Assembly: GCA_030141605.1 (NCBI GenBank)
Contig: JAQGDQ010000346.1
Span: 188,157-252,156 of the forward strand
Direction: 5' to 3'
Source: Tubiluchus corallicola
Lineage: Eukaryota > Animalia > Priapulida
Length of the DNA stretch: 64,000 bases
Under the pieces are notes generated by a model that was given only the letters and a program-made list of their open reading frames with translations, had not been told where the DNA came from and did no database searches. The translations under genes were made by a program, and so were the position numbers. Shown in pieces: positions 11,491-20,703 of the stretch. How positions within the stretch are numbered: position 1 is the stretch's first letter; each line of letters opens with the position of its first letter.

Positions 11491-12812
11491 ATAAATCACG
11501 TATCAAAAGCACCTTAGCGGCCATATCAACCTTTTTCACGTACTTCAGTGCATTTGTTGCAGTTCGTCAATGTCAGTATTGTCACAAAATCAAGTTTCGA
11601 AAAGACCGTAATTATTGTAAGCTAGTAGTGGGTTAAGAAAATCTCGTCTCGAACCATAAAAGTTAAAGATATGAAAAAGCTCTGCTGAGATTTGCCATTT
11701 TAACATAAGGAATCGTTGAATGCCCTAGTAGTTTCAAAATAATTATTTTTATTTCTTACAGAAGCTTTCACCCTAGCGGGTTTTATCAGCTGAATGTATT
11801 GTGCGGCTAACTTGATAGTATTCTTAGGTTAGCCGTAGAGTCCTATGCAGCTGACAATACAAGGGCTTTCAACGTTTTCTTCCATAGAAGCTTAAACCAA
11901 ACAGCTTGACTTTCCACAATTAGTATCATAGTATGGCTCCCATTTTGCCGTAGTTTCCCATTAACAAAATGGACACTTAATGCTGATTTTGTCAGAATAA
12001 AAAAAATACAATGTTAACCAATTTCGCGAGTATACTTAATATACAAGGATCAGTAATGCATAGATGACACACCCTACCAACGAAAACTTAATGATCTTCA
12101 GATGCTTAACGACGATGAAGATACAATAAAAAATACTAAATTTATTTATTTATTCATATTTTACACTCAAAATTAGGATAAAAACAAAAAATCAGAGAAG
12201 CCATGTACAAATTTGCAGACGCACAATAAAAATTAGCAGTGATCAAACATAATAAATATATTACAGACATGTATTTGTTATAAAAATGCCATAAACAAAT
12301 AGCAAGTTGTTACTAATATTAAAATGACATTCGTGTATTGTATAATTAACAGTCTTTTAAAATCCGATTACCCATAATCGGATCTTGGAAGAAGCGTGAT
12401 CTTTTTTAAACTTTACGCAGATCAGAAGTTCACACAAGCAATGATACGAATTAATTATTCACCATATTTAATGGGAAACACACCAGCATCACTTCTACAC
12501 TTCATAAAATAAGTGACCTTCGCTGCCCTTGAAAACCTATTTTCTAGGTATTTTAAATCCATGTTCAACATCAATATAAGTCAACAATTACATAATTTTA
12601 TACAGCCTAAAAGCAGTGCTTCTGAACTGACAGGAAGCATTTTTGTAGCAAACAATGCTTTCAGATTAGTACTTTTGTTGCTGACCTCAATTATTACTTT
12701 CATAAACGAAAAAGACAAAAAATATATATACAAAAATAGTACAGTGTACAATTAAAAAATTATGAAATCAATATTTTTTCAAAATAGAGCTTTTCCACAA
12801 CAATATTTTGAG

Positions 12813-13188
12813 CTAAGAATCATGGGGTTTCTCTCCCAAGGCCGTGTACACATTCGGACCACTACTTTCCTGTACAACGTCGTACTCACCAGAATCACCA
12901 GTTAGCGTCCTTTTAAGGTTTTCCTTTTGGGGCTCAACGACCAGTGACTTTGGAATGTGTTCACTAGATAAAGGTGGCGCTGACGCTACCACATCGGGTT
13001 TTCTGTCTAATTCTATTGGCACGTTAGCGTCAGTGTTTTTACCACCATTTTGTGTCACGTGTTTATATTCACTGTAGGCCAACTCTTCATAGACTGGAGG
13101 CGGCTCAGGAAGATCCCTTTCTTGAATTGTTGAGGAGTAAGTAACCGTTCCGCTTTCAGCGTGCATGATTGCACTTCGGCGAGGTTTT
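12813..13188 (-). CDS. Gene A terminal exon, cytoplasmic tail (PPVYEEL, SEYKHV, EYDVV-x8-YTAL)
   Basis: Within ORF 12813-13238; acceptor gttaatag| in phase 2; basic stop-transfer KPRR. Confidence 0.9.
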
Positions 13189-16100
13189 CTATTAACAACA
13201 AAGCAGTTAAAATTGATTTGAAGCAGTAATAACGTCAAGGCTACTTAACTAAGGCCAAATAATTAAGGTTTATTCGCATGACCAATATCAGAAGCATTAC
13301 GGCATGGATAACACTGATAACCAACGCAAAAATCTTTGTAATAAAAATGCATGGGTATCATTTTGCCAACAAAGGCTGATTTAAACAGCAAAAGGCTAAG
13401 TGATATAAATGTAAAACTGGTAAAATTATAGCAATGAATTAATAGAAAAGCTTTGAAACGTCTAAAATAGTATCATTATTTTGTTTATCAATTGTCACAA
13501 ACCCAAGTGGCATCCATAAGAGAAACCATCATTTGGATTTTTATTGATACACTCCACGTGATCGAAGATTTTTGAAAAGTTCAAAAAAATAGACTACATA
13601 AATTACCTTATACCCAATAAATTATAGCCGATGATGTAAAAATAAAGTTAATAATTTGAATATAATAACTTCTATTGATATCCAGAATTACACTGTAATT
13701 TAGAAAGCTGTGAAACAGTTAAAAATCAAGATAATGATTGCACCTTGGAATTTTTCACATTGAATGGAAATCTGCAAAGCAAATGCGTTTGCCCTAAAAT
13801 AATTTTAATTCAATTTTATTCCTATTTTTATTCGAACTCGTTCGTAAATTAACTTTTACTTTAGTGTATTTTGTTTAGAAGTGAAAAAAACCAAAGGAGC
13901 AAAACGACTTGTGTACTTCATAGCACATTTTTTTTTTGTCTTTTATAGCTTCAACTCATCTTTGTGAGTTTGTTTTGGTTCAGTAGTAGAATTCTTGTCA
14001 TTCGTATTGTCTGAACACTTAAGTCTTACCATTCACAAATTCCGTTACATTTCAGCAAATAAAAGTTCTTTTAAAAACACTATCCAACATTGATTCAACA
14101 AAAAAAATTCGGTTTAATGAAACGTTCTCGTGTAATTGAAATGCTCTTTTGTAAATGTAGCGATTACAAGTGTTTTATATCTGTAAACGTTGCCTTACAG
14201 GTATATTGCGTTTTGCAATCGTGGCATTGCAAGTATATTATGTAAACTTACACTTTCACACAGTAGTAGACGATCCCAATTGTCAATATGGCAATAACAA
14301 TGACAACACCCACAACAACAATGATTACAATGGCGATGGTAGTGATCGGTGCAGCAGATTGTGTATCGGTCACAGTTTCAACATACACATGTGTCGTAGT
14401 ATCTTCTTCGCTAAATGCTTTGAAAAAAATCGAGAATTATATTTTAAATCAATTGAATAAGAAGGCACTGCTCTACTGTAGCAGTCTACGTTACAATATT
14501 ATAATAATCAGTTGTCTTCAATGTCAATTAGTTTATTCCAATTAATAACCTCAGATTTATTTATTCTATTCAGGTGACTGTTCGGTAAGACCTACTATCA
14601 TTTGTTTTCTGAAAGCCTTAAACGAGCATAAAAATATCCCCAATAGAAACGGTTTCTTCTTGGAAGAATTTTACAGAAGAATTTGTAATTTGAAAACAGC
14701 GAAACAGATGAATGGCTTTTTAATTTGAAAACAGTGAAACAGGTAAATGGCCACTGGTTGGTGCACTTGAAGTTAAGCAATAGCAAATCTTCTCACTAAG
14801 TAAATGGTTGACCTTCTGGAGAAGCAGTCTGAGCGGCTTCATCTGCCATGGTTACCCGGTCATTTAAATTATGAAAAAACACATAAATGTGGTCAACATA
14901 CACTTGCCTTTTTACTGCTTCATCTTTGATTATTATCTTTAATGAGTTACATTCTGACATTATTGTATGTCTTGCAGTTAAAACGTGGATTACCGGCTTG
15001 CATTGCCGAATTGGATAAAAAAGTCGCTCTGACAGTTCCATCTCGTCGAAGGGCAAAATACCTATTTCGTGCTAATAGAACCACTCCGACAGAAACAAAA
15101 TGAACTATTTTAACAACAACTAAAAATCTTATTTGACACAAGCAATTACATGCACACCTGCACAAAAATCTTCGCACTTCTGCTTGGTGGGAAACTGATT
15201 ATAAATCCCTGGACACCTGCCAAAACCGAACGGAATACATTCCTTGTTTTTCGGATCAAAATGCCAAGCAGTTGGGCTAGACACGAAACAGCTATTATCA
15301 GGTAAAGGTTCCTTGCAAACGCTTTTACCTGTAAAACATAAAGACATATTCGCCATCTCAGTTTTAATTTTTTTAAAATTTAAAACTGACTGATGAGTTT
15401 TTTTTTGTTTTTTTTTATAGGGTAAGACATAAGATTTATCCTGACATTTTCTGTGGTCGGTAACCTTCTCCGCAGTTACTGACATTTCCATATAAGGTGA
15501 AAGTTAAAGTAGAATATTTATTAGTACGTATCACTGACGTCTTGATAAAATTTCTAACCTAGATGGAGCCACTATAAGATCGGATATTCTAATACTGCTA
15601 CTGCTGTAATTACTCACCTACACACGCTTGGTAACACTCTGCTTCGTTATCAAAATGTAACGTTCTCTCAGGACACAAGTCATTATCGGGTACATATTCG
15701 ACGCACTTTTTCTTGTCAATGTTGAAGTAGTAATATGAATCCTGGTAAGCCGACTGCTGATATGGCTGTTCATTGACAGAAGGCAAGCCATATTGGTGAA
15801 TGGGAGATTTTCCAGTAGGTACGTAATATCCTCCCTTCCCAGAAGGCACAGCAGGCACGCCAAACACCGAATCTTTCACTCCCTCGTAACCAGATTGGCT
15901 GGTGTCACTTCCACTTTTAGTGCAGTGAGATGGTAATGGAGGATCAAAGCAACTATCTTTAAAATAAAAAAATTAGATTTTAACATAGACGAATGGCAAT
16001 AATGCTAGATTAGGAAGAAAGCTCTTAAATTATAGATAAGTTTCCTGTAAAAATAAACCAACAGTCTCATATATTTGCACGAAAAAATTGATTACATTGT

Positions 16101-18344
16101 ATGTGAGTGTGTGAGCAAGGGAATATGTATGAGATTGAAAGTGTGAAAGTGTGTGCAGACATAACCGTTACCTGCCTTGCATGTCTGTGTTTTTTATTTT
16201 TTTAATCTTGAGATTCGGCAATTCTTGACTTTCGTATGCCGATCCCACGTTGATAGCATCAAAAATTCTGAAAATTATGCATATATTATTCTTATCAATC
16301 ACTTTGATCCATTTTCTCATTTTTGTGTTTTCATCACCATTTTTTCTTTTTTTAAATTATCTTTTATTGTATTCATTCATGCCATTTATTAAGTTAACAC
16401 TGCACAAGTTTTCTTATAGTGTTGACTTGATGTCATGCGCTATTGATTTATAAGCTAAGTATGTTACATGTTGTTCTGTATGTACATGTACACATTGACA
16501 TTGTATATAAAAAAATCTAATCTAATCTACTGACATAAATAACAGCCATTCTCCTCTTTGACTCGCTGATTGGTCGGTCGATAGGTTCGTTGGTAGATTT
16601 GTTAATTTCCACTAGCAGCTAGTTAGTTGGTTTATTGATTCGTTGAATATTTGGGTGGTGGTTGGTCTGTTAGCTCATCATTGTGGGCTGCTTAGTTAAT
16701 TAATTGTTTGTTTGATTGCCTAACTGGATAGTTGGTTGTTTTGTTAGTTGATAGTTTTCTAGTCAGCAATTGATTTTTCGGTTACTAAGTTGACCGGTTG
16801 GTCTACTGGTCGACTAATGAACAAGTGAACAAACCAGATAATTTTTAAATTTCTATAAACAAGAAAAATAAGCTTTACCTTTAGTTATTTTGTTAGGCTC
16901 CTGTTTACATGAAAAAGTTGGTGTGACTGTGGAGCCTCTGACGTTCAATCCCCAGTGGTCAGTTTGATAGCTAGCCAGACGTACTGTCACAACTCGACCC
17001 CGTTGTTCTACAAACTCCGCATTCCAAAAGTCGTCGGTAACGTTCACATCTACATACGACTTGCTGTCTCCAAGAGTGAACGTTTGCAACGATTTCGAAA
17101 CCCAAGAACTTTGCCAAATGGTTATCGAGCACCCAGCAGTAAAAGGATTGTCCCAGCATTCGGTAACGTCAACGGTACATTTGCCATAACAGTTCGACGT
17201 GAAAAATGCTACGGTCATTATGAGTGATGAAATTGAATGTCCTTTACTGAACATTTTCTAAACAAAATAATATAATTACATTCAACATGCTATTTAAAAT
17301 GTATTACTTGAAAAAAGTTTAGGCTCTCGCAGTGACCAAAAAGAAGCTTCTTGTTTTTGCCCCCTAAGATATGAGCTTAGGGCTTTCGAATTGTTTGCAA
17401 ACACTACTAATTTAAACTTCATATTAATTCTACGAAAGCAGAATAAAACAAAACAAATTATATAACAGATTATATTTTTTATTCTCTATTCCTGTCAGAA
17501 AATTACTATCCAAATGAATTCGTTGAATTCTTTTACCATTATAAAAAACACTTCTTAATCAATTATCTCAATAATACTATCTTGTACATCAGTATTGTAA
17601 TTCATTAAATAAGATGCTGGGTTTAATCATTATTTGCGTGTGCCAGTTACTATCTATTAATCACGGATCATCCATTCATTCTTCTCAAAATTTTTGAACA
17701 AGTTCATAAAATAATTTTGAGGTTTTAAAAAGTAGTAACATTTGATTTTGCAAAAGGCCAAAGTTTGTTAACATGACAACATGACGATAGTTAATTGTTA
17801 TTCTGTAAACGTACTAAAATGTACTACATGTAAACTGGGTCAGCACTGTATCGAGGATAGCCTACAATAACGGCTGCTACTACAGTATTATAAAAAAAAG
17901 TCACCAACGTATCTTACTTTGTGTGGTTACAAATGTGTGGTTACAAATGTGTATGTACAACGTGGATACACTAAAGCATTACAAGAAACTTATCAACATT
18001 GCTTGATCAAGCAAGGAAACTTTCAATGCTACTGAAAATAACTTACTGCTACTACAGAAGCTGTAAATCCCATGTACCCAACTATGTTATGGAGTAAATA
18101 TACAAAAGTAACAAACGTACATATACAGTACACTACAGCATACAAGAAGCTCACCAACTTAGCTTTATCAAGCAGAGAAACTTGGGAGAGCAACTAAATT
18201 TTGTCCTACTAATAGTTTCCTGCTTGACAAAATAGTTGTAAAACCCAAGTACCAAGTTGTGGAGTCAACAGACAAAAGTAAAAATGTACATTTACACTGT
18301 GCTAAAATATACAAGAAGCTTACCAACTTAGCTTGATAGTTCAT
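12813..18344 (-). CDS. Gene A: type I membrane receptor, signal peptide - CBM2-like - Kunitz (with insertion) - Kunitz - stalk - TM - tyrosine-motif tail (~483 aa)
   Basis: join(18324..18344, 16879..17257, 15618..15956, 15158..15328, 14252..14417, 12813..13188) on minus strand = 1452 nt, no internal stop; GT-AG introns with phases 0,1,1,1,2. Confidence 0.85.
14252..14417 (-). CDS. Gene A stalk + transmembrane exon (AFSEEDTTTH...ITTIAIVIIVVVGVVIVIAILTIGIVYYCVKV)
   Basis: tttttttcaaag| acceptor and |gtaagt donor, phases 1 to 2. Missed by the ORF track. Confidence 0.9.
15158..15328 (-). CDS. Gene A Kunitz/BPTI domain exon 2 (canonical, P1 = Phe)
   Basis: C-x8-C-x16-C-x7-C-x12-C-x3-C with WHFD and NQF motifs; 171-nt phase 1-1 exon; ttttacag| acceptor and weak GCAG|gtgtgc donor. 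Confidence 0.9.
15618..15956 (-). CDS. Gene A Kunitz-like domain exon 1 with a long insertion after the second Cys
   Basis: CFDPPLPSHC-(72 aa)-CVEYVPDNDLCPERTLHFDNEAECYQAC, six Cys; 339-nt phase 1-1 exon; ttttaaag| acceptor and GTAG|gtgagt donor. Confidence 0.88.
16879..17257 (-). CDS. Gene A signal peptide + CBM2-like exon
   Basis: Matches ORF 16853-17254; tttgtttag| acceptor and AAAG|gtaaag donor; motifs CTV..WDNPFTA, TFTL, WNA, QRGRVVTVRLASY, WGLN align by eye with CBM2a. Confidence 0.9.
17975..18340. repeat. ~165-bp degenerate tandem repeat (about 2.3 copies) containing the gene A exon-1 donor
   Basis: acaagaa(a/g)ct(t/c)a(t/c)caac..gctt(g/t)at at 17981, 18142 and 18311; intervening blocks also align (tggagt.aa.a.acaaaagtaa.aa..gtacat). 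Confidence 0.75.
18324..18344 (-). CDS. Gene A putative first coding exon (MNYQAKL)
   Basis: TTG|gtaagc donor in phase 0 joins exon 2 in frame; the ATG at 17254 is an alternative start. Confidence 0.55.
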
Positions 18345-18549
18345 TCAGGTACGGTCTGATTATGCAGATCAGCATTAATCAATAACAATTACGCACAGTA
18401 AAGCAATTCTTGAGTATCTTGAATCGTCGTCGTTCTAACCGGATTTCACTGTGTTTTTCACCAAATCTCGTGTGTTAACATACAGTAAACAGCAATAAAA
18501 CTGTGCCTGCAAACACCTCTGGCAAATTCTTGTCACGTCACGCTTTTGC

Positions 18550-18672
18550 TTCGGTTGAGTTCCTAGAATGGATCAGTGAACTGTCGTCATTGCAGACATG
18601 GCTTAGTAAGCTGGCTGACGTCACTTCCGGACTCTACATTTCGCCATTCTGTCTAGTAAACCCTTTTGTATG
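18550..18672 (-). promoter_or_regulatory. Gene A promoter block with perfect overlapping ETS-CRE motif CCGGAAGTGACGTCA (18616-18630)
   Basis: Exact composite motif; block conserved with 10077-10219. Confidence 0.7.
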
Positions 18673-19146
18673 ATATTATTAAAATTTTAGCTTTCAAGTA
18701 TGTTAAACTATATTTAGGATCTTACTATCACAGGAAGAGATACTGCGTGAATACAATTCCGTTTCCTGTCTGTCCCATTTCAAAAGAAAGATGTAGGCTA
18801 CATAGTAGAGACCGTACTTCGTTCCAATGCAAATGCATTTCCTTATAGCGCGGGTGACAAATGTGTAAAATCCTTGATGATGATAATAGTCGAGTTGTCA
18901 TGGTGCTAACGCTCGTAATTCCAACAATCTCATGACATTTATTTCCGAGCATTTCTGGGGCTGAGCAATGAACGAATAGATGGCCGCTAGGTTCAATACT
19001 CGTTTTGAAAAATTTCATTCACTCGCTAATTCTGGCTATTTACATCTTCAAATTTGTAAATAAAGGATCTCTGATGGATCAGTGTCTCATCTTAGAACCT
19101 CATTATCATTACTGTTATCATAATCATAACTGCAATTACTATTTAA

Positions 19147-19691
19147 AGGAAAACCGGACGACTGATTAGAACCAATCTCATTTTAATTTACAGTCCAAAA
19201 TATACATTTTTGCCTATAAAAGTTTGTAATTGTTTCTTATATTTGAATAATTAACTTGGAAATTTAATTAACTACAACCGAACACAGCTATCGATTATGT
19301 CACAAACTAACCACAATTTGTGCAATGGTAGGCATCTTTCCTGCGCGTCAAGCACTTTTGCGTAAGCGAAGATTGCTATAAGATTCTGATGTGATGTCAC
19401 GTAAAAGTGCTGTACGTCACAGACGAACATTGCAGTTCATGATCATGCTTATCACGCTACCGCTACTATTTGTCGGCCACGCGGATGTGACATAAAGACG
19501 CCATTGCCAGTCTTAGTAGATTCACTGAGCGACCTGAGCCGCGCCTAGCTTTGGCAGTTTAACAAAATTTAACTATCCGAGGTAATTATTATTTAAACTA
19601 CGCTTTGATTAAAAAAAAGCTATTGGAGTTTTCAATATTTTAGAGCATACTTTATTTTGAAGTAATGTTTACACAATCGCCCGGTTTTCCT
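19147..19691. mobile_element. Kolobok-type MITE
   Basis: TIRs aggaaaaccggacgactg / caatcgcccggttttcct, flanked by TTAA on both sides. Confidence 0.85.
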
Positions 19692-20684
19692 TTAACTAAA
19701 CCTCAAAATAGAGCCAAGGCGCCAAATCCACTTGGATGAACAAAACAAATGTTAATATATTAATAATTTTGTTGAGTCACTTACACTGCAAATAAGGCGG
19801 ATTTATATTTCTTCAATTGTTTTTTCTGTCAATTGTTTCTTCAAGAAATTAGGTCGACATGCTTTACTTATCTTATTGATTATGCTGGTAGTCGCAGAAG
19901 GTAATTCTTTTCAAGTTACTTCAAGAAAGGTGTTCACTTTTAACTTTAAATTATACTATATAATTACTGGAGATACTGTACCCCAATCTACTTAAATTTA
20001 ATATATACGTAAATATCCAAAATGTTGGGAGAGATAACTATTGAAAATCAGTGGTCAATAATATACATTATGTAACAAATGACCATTTCGAAATATAGCA
20101 CCAGTTATCTGAGGTATCTATATAGGCCTAAAAAATTTACTGAATTATAGCTATGTAAATAAATAAATAAACAGCACTTGTTGCAGTAAATCTGGTGTAT
20201 TTTTGTATAAATTTGATCAGTATTTCGACATTCCGTCCTCATCAAGTATAGCCAAAAATTGCAATTTGCTCTATCTAGATTCAGAAATTGATAACGCCAA
20301 ATTACAAGTTATTCAAGTTAAAGCGTTACCTAGATATATTTATATCTGCTGTCCAACCTCTCAAGTCACAAATGATAAATCAGATAGTGGTGATAACGAT
20401 GATATATTTTATTAATATAGGATACATACATAATATAGGATACATACAAGAGGTATCACAAACGCATGATTAAATTAAGAACTTGCTGCATTCTTGCAAT
20501 GTCCATAATTCTATTGTTTGTGGACTTATTTTATTTTTGAAACACAAATTACATTCATTTTTTTCTAAATACCACCTGCAATCATGTTTTCTATTTGCAT
20601 TTCCTATCGCATGCATGTATGATGCTTCACTTAGTTCCTGGTGGTCGTCGTCCCCTCCTTCGTCTGTCTGTTTCGGACGCCTCC

Positions 20685-20703
20685 TGCTGCCATCTAGCGG
20701 ACA
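20685..20703 (-). promoter_or_regulatory. Strong CTCF-like motif
   Basis: Minus strand TGTCCGCTAGATGGCAGCA. Confidence 0.45.

Noticed and set aside
14170-14545. Plus-strand N/T-rich ORFs
   Set aside because: Antisense of the Val/Ile-rich TM exon of gene A.
14796-15056. 86-aa minus-strand ORF in gene A intron 4 as an extra exon
   Set aside because: No recognisable domain, no counterpart in gene B, and flanking exons already join in phase.
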